Source of the DNA: Candidatus Eiseniibacteriota bacterium | Lineage (GTDB): Bacteria; Eisenbacteria; RBG-16-71-46 | Length of the DNA: 43,786 nt | Assembly (NCBI GenBank): GCA_044222065.1 | Contig: JBGAOA010000001.1 | Coordinates: 125,715 to 169,500 of the forward strand | Reading direction: 5' to 3' | Part shown: piece by piece, positions 28,933 through 37,003 of the stretch | How the letters are laid out: the number at the start of each line of letters is the position of its first letter | How positions within the stretch are numbered: position 1 is the first letter of the stretch | Translations under genes and position numbers: made by a program | The notes under the pieces: model-generated | What the model was told of the DNA's origin: nothing | Databases searched by the model: none | What the model saw: only the letters and a program-made list of their open reading frames with translations

Positions 28933-31028
28933 GCGATCCCGAACGCGACGATCCGGCGCGCGAACTGGCGCGCGGGCTCGCGCGCGCGCTCGAAGAAGCG
29001 CTCGCGCCCGGAGCCGATCCGCTGAAGCTCCGCGCGGCGCGTGAAGTCGCGGCCCTGCTCGGACTCGAGGCGACGGCGAACGCGCTCGCCGCGTTCGAGC
29101 CGCACGCCGGCAAGCCCTGGCCCCAGGAGCTGTCGCCGCTGCGCGACCGCCTGCTGCGCACCGCCGAGCGCTGCGCCGCCGCGGGCGACGCGCGCGCGTT
29201 CCGCGCGGCGGATGCCGAGATCGCCGGGCTCGCCGAGGAGACGGGCGCGCTCGAGTGGACGCGGCTCCCGTACGCGCCGGCGCTCGCCACCGTGTCGGCC
29301 GCGCGCACGCTCGAAGACCTGCCGCTCGACGACTCGACGATCGCGCGGCTGCACGCGGCGCGGCTCTCGACGCCGGGGGCGGCGGCGCTGCGCGCCGCGC
29401 TCGACTGGCTCGATGCGCCGTCGGCCGGCACGCGCGTTCGCGTGCGCACCGACGACGCCGTGCTCGACGTGAAGCTCCCGCTCGCCGCGCCCGACGGGCT
29501 CGACGCCGCGGCCGACGTGCTCGCCGAGGCCGAGGGCGCGCTGCTGCCGCCCGCCGCGGGCGACGCCACGTGGACGATCCGCCTGCCGCTCGTCGGCACG
29601 CGCGAGACGTTCCTCATGGTCGAGCGCGAAGGCGTTCCGGTCGCGATTCCCTGGAGCGCGATCGCACAGCTCCAGATCGTGCCCGCCGGGGACCTCGAGG
29701 CGCGCGCCGAGGCGGTCGAGATGCCGATCCTCTGGACGCCGCCGGCGCCGCGCCCCGCCGAACTGCCGGTCGCGACGCTCGTGCGCGGTCTGCGGCGCGC
29801 GTGGTTCCCCGCCACGCGCATCGTGTGGCGGCTCCCGGCCGAGCCCTGTCCGTCGGAGGGCGCGGTGCTCGACGCCGGCTTCCGCGACGCGGTCCGAACG
29901 AGCGACGGCGAGGTCTACGGCCGGCTCGACGTGACCGAGGCGCTCGCGCGCGTGCCCGCGACGCCGTTCACGCGCGACGCGTTTGCAGCGCCCCCGCCCG
30001 CCGAGCCGCCGCGCGCTCCGCGCGTCGCGGCCCCCGCGCCGCGTCCGTCCGCGCGCATCGTGCCGGCGCCGCCGGCGCCGCTCGCGCTTCCGAGCGACGC
30101 CGTGACGCCGATCGAAGCGGACGTGCCGCCGGTGATCGCCCCGCGTGCGCCGCAGTGGCTCGGCCGCGAGGCCGTCACGCCGCTCGAACCCGCGGCGCCG
30201 CCGCCGCCCGCGGAAGCGACCGCGGGCGACTCGACCACGGAACTCGACGCCGCGCTCGACGCGTTGCTGCCGTCGGTGTCCGGGTCCGAATCGGGCGCGC
30301 CCGAACCGGCGGCGGCTCCGGCCGCGCCCGCTCGAGCGGATGCGCCCGGCCGCGAACGCGAATCGGCGCCCGCGAGCGAACCGCCCACGCGCGCGCCCGA
30401 ACCCGTGATCGTGACGCGCGCGGAGTCGTCCGCCGGTGCCGAGGCCTTCGTTCCGCCTCCGGCGCCGGCCGCGCCCGCAGCCACCGCGCGGGAGGCCATC
30501 GTTCCGCCTCCCGCGCAGGCTCCGCCGGCGTTGTTCGCCGCGCCCGAGGCGGGCTTCGCGCCGCCGGCCGCGGCCGAGCCGCCGGCGCCGCGGCCGTTCG
30601 ACGACGCGCGCCGCGGCTTCGCGCTCGCGCCCGAAGCGCCGGCGCCCTCCCGCGGGCGCGCGCTGGTCGCGGAGGACTCGCTCGTCGCGCGCACGTTCCT
30701 GCAGCGGCTGCTCGAGCGCGAAGGCTACGCGGTGCGCGGGGTCGAGCGCGCGTCGGAACTGTGGTCGGCGCTCGAGGCCGAGCGCTTCGACCTCCTGTGC
30801 GTGGACGTCGAGCTGCCCGACGCCCGCGGCGAGGCGCTGCTGCACGCCGCCGTCGGCGCGGCGCAGGCGCACGGCGTGGCGCTCGTCGTGCCGCTCACGC
30901 GCGACGCCGACGACGACCGCATCGCCGCGTGCGCCGGGCTCACGCGTGCGTTCCACAAGCCGTTCGACGGCGACGAAGTGCGCGCCGTGCTCGAGCGCGC
31001 GGGGCTGCCGCGCCGGGAGATCGCGTGA
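28929..31028 (+). CDS. Degenerate CheA-like hybrid: pseudo-HPt, pseudo-HATPase, CheW-like domain, Pro/Ala-rich linker and REC (699 aa)
   Basis: GTGA overlap with the upstream stop. LRAAREVAALLGL resembles AHSLKGAAALLGL; GLDAAADVLAEAEG...WTIRLPL resembles GMDVV...GG...FTIRLPL; FLMVEREGVPVAIPWSAI resembles a CheW start. C-terminal REC: LVAEDS...FDLLCVDVELP...KPF. Confidence 0.72.
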   Translation: MSDPERDDPARELARGLARALEEALAPGADPLKLRAAREVAALLGLEATANALAAFEPHAGKPWPQELSPLRDRLLRTAERCAAAGDARAFRAADAEIAGLAEETGALEWTRLPYAPALATVSAARTLEDLPLDDSTIARLHAARLSTPGAAALRAALDWLDAPSAGTRVRVRTDDAVLDVKLPLAAPDGLDAAADVLAEAEGALLPPAAGDATWTIRLPLVGTRETFLMVEREGVPVAIPWSAIAQLQIVPAGDLEARAEAVEMPILWTPPAPRPAELPVATLVRGLRRAWFPATRIVWRLPAEPCPSEGAVLDAGFRDAVRTSDGEVYGRLDVTEALARVPATPFTRDAFAAPPPAEPPRAPRVAAPAPRPSARIVPAPPAPLALPSDAVTPIEADVPPVIAPRAPQWLGREAVTPLEPAAPPPPAEATAGDSTTELDAALDALLPSVSGSESGAPEPAAAPAAPARADAPGRERESAPASEPPTRAPEPVIVTRAESSAGAEAFVPPPAPAAPAATAREAIVPPPAQAPPALFAAPEAGFAPPAAAEPPAPRPFDDARRGFALAPEAPAPSRGRALVAEDSLVARTFLQRLLEREGYAVRGVERASELWSALEAERFDLLCVDVELPDARGEALLHAAVGAAQAHGVALVVPLTRDADDDRIAACAGLTRAFHKPFDGDEVRAVLERAGLPRREIA

Positions 31029-32500
31029 GCAGCGCCTCGCCCTTCTCGCCGCTGCCTCGCGAGCTGCCGTGCGTGCTGATCGTGGACGACGACCGGCGCG
31101 TCGTGGAGCTGCTCGACTTCGCGCTGACCTCGCAGGGCTTCCGCACGCTCACGGCGAGCGATGGCGACGAGGCGCTGCAGCGCGTCCGCGAAGGCCGCCC
31201 CGACCTGGTCGTGCTCGACGTGCGGCTGCCGAAGCGCAGCGGTCTCGACGTGTGCGACGCGATGCGGCGCACGCCCGAGCACTCCGCCGTGCCCATCATC
31301 GTGGTGTCCGCGGCCTCCGAGACCGAAGCGCGGCTGCAGGCGCTCGCCCGCGGCGCGGACGACTACCTCGCGAAGCCGTTCTCGCCGAAGGAACTCGTCG
31401 CCCGCATCCAGCGCCTGCTCGCGCGCTCGGCCGAGGGCCGCGCGGCGCGCGACCGCAACGCGCAGCTCGAGCGCGACCTCGCGCGTGCGCTCGACGAGCG
31501 GAAGCGCGCGCTCGATCGCGCCGGACGCGAGCAGGAGCTGCGCGAGATCGCGCTCGAGCTCGGACCCGAGATGCGGCGCACGCTCGACGCCGAGGGCGTC
31601 GCGCGCCGCCTGCTCGATGCGACGCTGCGCCGCCTGCGTGCGCCGGGCGCGGCGTTGTTCGTGGCGGGGCGCTCGGGGCGCTTCGAGCCATTCGCGGCGC
31701 GCGGGACGAGCGCGCGGATCGAGACGTTGTCGCTCGCGAGCGACGGCGAACTCGCCGCGTACCTGGCCGCGCTCGCGCGTCCGGTCGAGCGGGCGGAACT
31801 CGAGCGCGTGCACGAACTGGAGCTCGAGCTGCGCGCGCTCGCGCCCTCCGCCGCCGCCGTGCTCGTGCCGCTCCCGGACGATTCCGGCGCGCCGGCGCTG
31901 CTCGTGCTCGCCGAGCGTCCGGACGGCCGCCTGGCCGCGGCGGAACGCGAATCGCTCGCGGCGCTCGCGCGCATCGGCGCCGAGGCGTTCGCGACGGCGC
32001 TGCGGCTCGAACGGCTCGAGCGCGATGTCGTGGACGTGCTCGCGCTGCGCGCCGAGTCGGAGCGCGACGAAGCCGAACGCCTCGCCGCGGACGAAGCGGC
32101 GTTGCGCGCGCTGCGCGCCGGACTCGAGTGCGGGCTCGACGGCCGCACGCTCGAGCGCCTCGATCGTGCGGTGCGGCTCGGCGCGTGGCTCGATGCGCCC
32201 GAGGGCCTGCTCGCGCTCGACCGTTTCCGCGTCGCGGCGCCATCCGGGCTGCTCGCGCGGCTCGCCGCGCTGTGCACGGCCGCCGCCGACCTCGCGCACT
32301 GCGCCGACGATCCGTTCACGTGCCGCGCCGCGACGCTCGTCGCGCTGGGCCGCGCCTACGCGGCCGCGCGCTCGTCCGGTGCGGGGCGCGAGACCGCGCT
32401 CGTGCGCGCCCTCGCGAGCGCGGCCGCCGGCGAACCGACGGCGCTGCGGCGCTTCGCCGAGGCCGGGACACCGTCCGCCGACGAGGGACGCGCGGCCTGA
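31025..32500 (+). CDS. Response regulator: REC, coiled coil, GAF and a degenerate HD-GYP-like helical domain (491 aa)
   Basis: GTGA overlap. Intact REC (VLIVDDD, LVVLDVRLP, VSA, YLAKPF) and a GAF-like region (TLDAEGV...VLVPL...LLVLAER...ERESLAALA). The C-terminal helices follow HD-GYP spacing but lack the HD and GYP residues. Confidence 0.8.
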   Translation: MSSASPFSPLPRELPCVLIVDDDRRVVELLDFALTSQGFRTLTASDGDEALQRVREGRPDLVVLDVRLPKRSGLDVCDAMRRTPEHSAVPIIVVSAASETEARLQALARGADDYLAKPFSPKELVARIQRLLARSAEGRAARDRNAQLERDLARALDERKRALDRAGREQELREIALELGPEMRRTLDAEGVARRLLDATLRRLRAPGAALFVAGRSGRFEPFAARGTSARIETLSLASDGELAAYLAALARPVERAELERVHELELELRALAPSAAAVLVPLPDDSGAPALLVLAERPDGRLAAAERESLAALARIGAEAFATALRLERLERDVVDVLALRAESERDEAERLAADEAALRALRAGLECGLDGRTLERLDRAVRLGAWLDAPEGLLALDRFRVAAPSGLLARLAALCTAAADLAHCADDPFTCRAATLVALGRAYAAARSSGAGRETALVRALASAAAGEPTALRRFAEAGTPSADEGRAA

Positions 32501-32521
32501 CGCGGCCGCGCCGCAAACGCG

Positions 32522-32554
32522 CGAGGGCGGAGGCACGGCCTCCGCCCTCGTTTC
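32522..32554. terminator. Bidirectional intrinsic terminator between convergent operons
   Basis: 13-bp perfect stem CGAGGGCGGAGGC-ACG-GCCTCCGCCCTCG, followed by TTTC on the plus strand and CGCGTTT on the minus strand. Confidence 0.7.
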
Positions 32555-32564
32555 GCTTCCGCGG

Positions 32565-33146
32565 CTACTTGTTCTGCCGCAGGCCGCTCATGTCCACCTT
32601 GGGAACCTCGCGTTCCGCCTCGGGGACTTCGTAGTACTTCGACTCGGAGTAATTGAACATGCCGGCGAAGATGTTCGTGGGGAACCGCTTCACCTTCACG
32701 TTGTAGCTGCGCACCTCGTCGTTGTAGCGCATGCGCTCCGTCGCGATGCGGTTCTCGGTGCCGGCGATCTCGTCCTGGAGCCGCAGGAAGTTCTCGTTGC
32801 TCTTGAGCACCGGGTAGTTCTCGACCACGACGAGGAGGCGCGAAATCGCGCTGTCCATCGCGCGCGCGGCGTCCACCTGCTCGTCCTGCGTCTTCGCGCC
32901 GGACATGCGCGCGCGCGCGTCGGCGATCGCGCCGAACACTTCCTGCTCCTGGATCGCCGCGCCCTTCACGGTCTCGACCAGGTTCCCGATGAGGTCGTTG
33001 CGGCGCTTGAGCTGGTTGTCCACCTGCGCCCAGCGGTTCGACACCGCCTCCTTGGCCGAGACGAGGCCGTTGTAGTTGCCGACGACCCAGCCGCCGATCG
33101 CGAGCACGACAACCGCGAGGACACCGAGCACCACCGCTGCCTTCAT
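32565..33146 (-). CDS. lemA: LemA family protein (193 aa)
   Basis: N-terminal TM helix and motifs YNGLV, WAQVDNQLKRRNDLI, ENYPVLKSNENFLRLQDEIAGTENRI, YND and FPTNIFA. SD AAGGAG. Confidence 0.95.
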   Translation of the reverse strand: MKAAVVLGVLAVVVLAIGGWVVGNYNGLVSAKEAVSNRWAQVDNQLKRRNDLIGNLVETVKGAAIQEQEVFGAIADARARMSGAKTQDEQVDAARAMDSAISRLLVVVENYPVLKSNENFLRLQDEIAGTENRIATERMRYNDEVRSYNVKVKRFPTNIFAGMFNYSESKYYEVPEAEREVPKVDMSGLRQNK

Positions 33147-33195
33147 TCCTGTCGCTCCTTTCGTGAACGCCCGCGGGTCACGCGGGCGGGGGAAA

Positions 33196-34044
33196 CTACC
33201 ACGAGCCGCCGCCGCCGCCGCCGCCGCTGCCGAAGCCGCCGCCGCCGCCGAAACCGCCGAACGAGCCGCCGCCTCCGCCGCCTCCTCCTCCGAAGCCGCC
33301 ACCGCCGAAGCCGCCACCCCAGCCGCCACCCCAGCCGCCGTCGTACCAGCCCGACCGGCGCCGGCGCCGGCGGCCGAGGTACGGCCCGCCGAGCGGCATC
33401 CCGGAAGCGGTCGCGTAGCGCTGCGCGCTCACGCCGATCACGAGGATCGCGATGAGCAGGAACAGGACGAGCGCGACGACGAGGCGCGGCAGTTTCGGCG
33501 AGCGCGTCCGGTAGCGGGGCTCGCTGCCGTTCCATTCGAGCGTCACGCCCTTCGCCTTCGCGATGCGCTGCGCGCAAGCGAGCACGCCCTGCGTGATGCC
33601 GCTCTCGTAGTCGCCGTCGCGGAAGCGCGGCGCCATGCGCTCGCGCACGACCGAGGACTCGAAGCCGTCGGTGAGCGTGCCTTCGAGGCCGTAGCCGGTC
33701 TCGAATTCGACGCGCCGCTCCTTCACGGCGACGAGCATCAGCAGCCCTTCGTACGGCTCCTGGTTCGCGAGTTTCCACTCGTGGTAGACGCGCGTCTTGT
33801 AGGCGCGCGGATCGTCCGGCGCCGTCGTCGGCACGGTGAGCACGGCGAAGTACGCGCCCGTCTTCTTCTGCACCTGCACGAGGAACGACTCGAGCTTCGC
33901 GCGAGCGGCCTCGTCCATCAGGCCGGCCGTGTCGTTCACGTACCCGACGGGCGCGGGGATCGGCGCCTCGTCGGCGAACGCGGCGGAAGCCGTGACGAGG
34001 GCGACGACGAGCAGCAGCGTGCGCACGAGGCGCGGGGCGCTCAT
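33196..34044 (-). CDS. TPM domain membrane protein with Gly-rich tail (282 aa)
   Basis: Signal peptide; VNDTAGLM, ETGYGLEGTLTD, PRFRDGDY..GI; a C-terminal TM helix, an Arg run and a GGFGGG...GGSW tail. The start overlaps the upstream stop (ATGA). Confidence 0.92.
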   Translation of the reverse strand: MSAPRLVRTLLLVVALVTASAAFADEAPIPAPVGYVNDTAGLMDEAARAKLESFLVQVQKKTGAYFAVLTVPTTAPDDPRAYKTRVYHEWKLANQEPYEGLLMLVAVKERRVEFETGYGLEGTLTDGFESSVVRERMAPRFRDGDYESGITQGVLACAQRIAKAKGVTLEWNGSEPRYRTRSPKLPRLVVALVLFLLIAILVIGVSAQRYATASGMPLGGPYLGRRRRRRSGWYDGGWGGGWGGGFGGGGFGGGGGGGGGSFGGFGGGGGFGSGGGGGGGSW

Positions 34045-34793
34045 GAAACGCGGAACGTGTCGATGCCGGCGATGAGCCGTTCGAGCGCCTCGAGGAACCG
34101 GAGATAGCCGCCGGCGACGTCGCCGTGCGGGGCGCCGCCGCCGTGGCGCACGAGGTGCGGGACGAGCAGCGCGCTCGCGTCCACGTGGAACGCGTCCGCG
34201 ACGCGCTCGACGACGTGCGCGGAGGACGCCGGCGGCTGGTCCCCGCGCAGCCGCAGCAGCGTGCGGAACAGGGTCGCGAAGCCGCTCGCGGACGCGGCGA
34301 GCGTCTCGGCGAGCGCGGCGGAATCGCCGTGCAGCGCGAGGTAGCTCTGGCGCAGGCGGATGTGCTTGGAGCGCAGTTCGTGCTCGCACTGGAGCCGCAG
34401 GTTCGCGCGCGGCACTTCGAACTTCTCGACGACCGGCTCGCCCTCGAGCAGCAGGTGCCGCTCGCGGATCTCGAGCCACTCGATCGGGAAGACGTCGAGC
34501 GACTTCTCGATCTGCGCCTCGGTGAGGAACAGCGGGTCCACGAAGGGCGGCTTCTTCGGCCGCGGCGCTGCGCTCGCGACCGCGCGCAGCGCGTCGGCGC
34601 CGAGCTCGGAGGCGATGACGAGCAGGTTCACGCGCGAGCGCTTGGGATCGAAGCCGTCCACGAGCGCGCTGCCCGTGACGTACGCGGCGCGGAAACGGCC
34701 GCCGAGCGCCTGTCGCACGGGAGCGAGCCAGGCGCGGAGGGCCTCGAGCGTCGAGGCGTCGGGTTCGATTCGGAGTTCGCGGAGTTCGTTCAT
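34041..34793 (-). CDS. Nucleotidyltransferase-fold protein with degenerate active site (250 aa)
   Basis: YVTGSALVDGFDPKRSRVNLLVI follows the GS-x(n)-SD-x-D NTase pattern with both Asp residues replaced. It also has DVFPIEWLEI and LRLQCEHELR and is the first gene of the TPM-LemA operon. Confidence 0.75.
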   Translation of the reverse strand: MNELRELRIEPDASTLEALRAWLAPVRQALGGRFRAAYVTGSALVDGFDPKRSRVNLLVIASELGADALRAVASAAPRPKKPPFVDPLFLTEAQIEKSLDVFPIEWLEIRERHLLLEGEPVVEKFEVPRANLRLQCEHELRSKHIRLRQSYLALHGDSAALAETLAASASGFATLFRTLLRLRGDQPPASSAHVVERVADAFHVDASALLVPHLVRHGGGAPHGDVAGGYLRFLEALERLIAGIDTFRVS

Positions 34794-34803
34794 GGCGTGT
34801 CGG

Positions 34804-34831
34804 ACGCTAGCACTCTACGGGGGGTGGTCAA
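34804..34831 (-). promoter_or_regulatory. Sigma70-type promoter of the NTase-TPM-LemA operon
   Basis: Minus strand TTGACC-N16-TAGCGT with an extended -10 TG. Only 10 nt separate it from the ATG, and there is no SD. Confidence 0.55.
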
Positions 34832-34892
34832 GCCGGGTTGCCCCCGCTCGGCCGAAGGCGCCTGCGCGCACGCCGCCCCGACTCGCGCGGCG

Positions 34893-34922
34893 TTGACGCC
34901 CGCGGCGCCCTCTACTTAGTGT
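34893..34922 (+). promoter_or_regulatory. Sigma70-type promoter of FNR, probably giving a leaderless mRNA
   Basis: TTGACG-N18-TAGTGT, 8 nt before ATG 34931, with no SD. Confidence 0.55.
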
Positions 34923-34930
34923 GCGCCGCC

Positions 34931-36331
34931 ATGAACGTCCGAGGAACGCCGGAGCGTCCGCTGCGCGTCGCGATCGTAGGCTCTGGTCCGGCCGCGTTCT
35001 ACGCCGCCGAGCACCTGCTCAAGCAGCCGAACCTGGTCGCGCAGGTGGATCTGATCGAGCGCCTTCCCACGCCGTACGGACTCGTGCGCGGCGGCGTCGC
35101 GCCGGACCACCAGAAGATCAAGACCGTCATCGCGATCTACGAGAAGATCGCCGCGCACCCGAACTTCCGCTTCTACGGGAACGTCGAGTACGGCCGGCAC
35201 CTCGGGCGCGCGGACCTCGAGCGCCACTTCGACGCCGTGCTGTTCGCGACCGGGGCGCCGAGCGACCGGCGCCTCGGCGTTCCGGGCGAAGACCTCGCCG
35301 GCAGCCACTCCGCGACCGAGTTCGTCGCCTGGTACAACGGGCACCCCGACTACCAGCACCTCGAGTTCGACCTCTCGTGCGAGAGCGCCGCCGTCGTCGG
35401 CGTCGGCAACGTCGCCGTGGACGTCGCGCGCATCCTGTCGCTGTCGGCCGACGAGCTGCGCACGACCGACATGACCGACCGCGCGATCGAGGCGCTCGCG
35501 GCGAGCCGCGTGCGCGAGGTGTTCGTGCTCGGCCGCCGCGGCCCCGTGCAGGCGGCGTTCACGACGAACGAAGTGAAGGAGCTCGGCGAGCTGCACGAGG
35601 CCGACGTCGTCGTGCGCGCGGACGAAGCGGCGCCCGACGCGCTGAGCGCCGAGGAACTGGGGCCGTCCGCGCGCCCCGCGCTCAAGCAGAAGGTCGAGAT
35701 CCTTCAGGGCTTCGCCGCCCGATCGCCCGGCGGCAAGCGCAAGCGGCTCCACCTGCGCTTCCTCGTCTCGCCGCTCGAAGTGCTCGGCGAGAACGGCCGC
35801 GTCGCGGGGCTGCGCGTCGCGAAGAACGCGCTCGTGCGCGACGAACGCGGCGGGCTCGCGGCGCGTCCGACCGGCGAGACCGAGACGCTCGCGTGCGGCC
35901 TCGTGTTCCGCTCCGTGGGCTACAAGGGCACGGCACTGCCGGAGCTGCCGTTCGACGAGAAGTCCGGCGTGCTCCCGAACGCGAAGGGCCGCGTGCTCGT
36001 CGCGCCCGGCGGCGAACCGCTGCGCGGCTACTACACCTCGGGCTGGATCAAGCGCGGACCGAGCGGCGTCATCGGCAACAACAAAGCCGACTCGGTCGAG
36101 ACCGTGAACCAGCTCGTCGAGGACGTCGCCGCGGGCGCGCTGCTCGATCCCGCCGCACCCGACGCCGCGGCGTTCGAAGCGTGCGCGCGTGGCTGCGGCT
36201 CGCGCATCGTGACGTTCGCCGACTGGAAGCGTCTCGACGCGATCGAGGTCGCGCGCGGCGCGGCGTCGGGGCGTCCGCGCGTCAAGTTCACGAGCGTCGG
36301 GGCCATGCTCGAGGCGCTCGCCGGCGCCTGA
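34931..36331 (+). CDS. Ferredoxin-NADP+ reductase, adrenodoxin-reductase/FprA-like (466 aa)
   Basis: VAIVGSGPAAFY, PTPYGLVRGGVAPDH, FVAWYNGHP, GVGNVAVDVAR, GRRGPVQAAFT and GWIKRGPSGVIG. Confidence 0.93.
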   Translation: MNVRGTPERPLRVAIVGSGPAAFYAAEHLLKQPNLVAQVDLIERLPTPYGLVRGGVAPDHQKIKTVIAIYEKIAAHPNFRFYGNVEYGRHLGRADLERHFDAVLFATGAPSDRRLGVPGEDLAGSHSATEFVAWYNGHPDYQHLEFDLSCESAAVVGVGNVAVDVARILSLSADELRTTDMTDRAIEALAASRVREVFVLGRRGPVQAAFTTNEVKELGELHEADVVVRADEAAPDALSAEELGPSARPALKQKVEILQGFAARSPGGKRKRLHLRFLVSPLEVLGENGRVAGLRVAKNALVRDERGGLAARPTGETETLACGLVFRSVGYKGTALPELPFDEKSGVLPNAKGRVLVAPGGEPLRGYYTSGWIKRGPSGVIGNNKADSVETVNQLVEDVAAGALLDPAAPDAAAFEACARGCGSRIVTFADWKRLDAIEVARGAASGRPRVKFTSVGAMLEALAGA

Positions 36332-36372
36332 TTCGCGCGCCGAAACGCGCGCGCGCCGCGCGCGCCGCATGC

Positions 36373-36402
36373 TTGACCCTCCGCGCGCCCGCGGCATACG
36401 GT
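36373..36402 (+). promoter_or_regulatory. Possible sigma70-type promoter upstream of the DinB-family gene and korAB
   Basis: TTGACC-N18-TACGGT; SD GAGAGGAG at 36445-36452. Confidence 0.4.
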
Positions 36403-36458
36403 CCCGCTCCGCCGCGTTTCGCGGCCCGCGGGTGCCGACCACGCGAGAGGAGTCCCCG

Positions 36459-36969
36459 ATGAACTGGCGTCAGGCGCTCATCGCCGAATTCGAGCAGGAA
36501 ATGGCCAACACGCGCCGCGTGCTCGAGCGCGTCCCGATGGACCGGCTCGAGTTCCGGCCGCACGCGCGCTCGTACACGATGGGCAAGCTGGCGCTGCACG
36601 TGGCGACGCTGCCGTCGTGGATCCATCACACGTTCGCGACGACCGAACTCGACATCCAGCCGGGCGGCTCGGCGCCCCCGGCGCCGCCCCTGCCGGCGAC
36701 GAGCGAGGAGCTGCTGCGGACGTTCGACGACGGCGTCGCCCAGGCGCGCTCGACGCTCGAGCGCCTCGAGGAGAGCGACCTCGGCGTGCCGTGGTCGCTG
36801 CTCGCGAACGGGAAGACGATCTTCACGCTGCCGCGCGCGGCCGTGCTGCGCGGCTTCTGCCTCAGCCACCTCATTCACCATCGCGCCCCAGCTCGGCGTG
36901 TACCTGCGGCTGAACGACGTGCCCGTGCCGGGGATGTACGGACCGAGCGCGGACGACACCTCGTTCTAG
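36459..36969 (+). pseudogene. DinB/YfiT-family protein with a +1 frameshift (169 aa if corrected); sequencing error or recent pseudogene
   Basis: E...TRRVLERVP...FRPH..S.TMG.LA.H and SHLIHHRA. The family C-terminus QLGVYLRLNDVPVPGMYGPSAD continues in the +1 frame after CCCC at 36886-36889, ending at TAG 36967-36969. Confidence 0.85.
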
Positions 36970-37003
36970 AGGAAAGGACGCGAGGGGCGCGGCCCCCGAT
37001 CCC

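Noticed and set aside
33196..33345. (GCC)n-rich low-complexity tract as a contingency repeat
   Set aside because: It encodes the usual Gly-rich C-terminal tail of TPM proteins on the minus strand.
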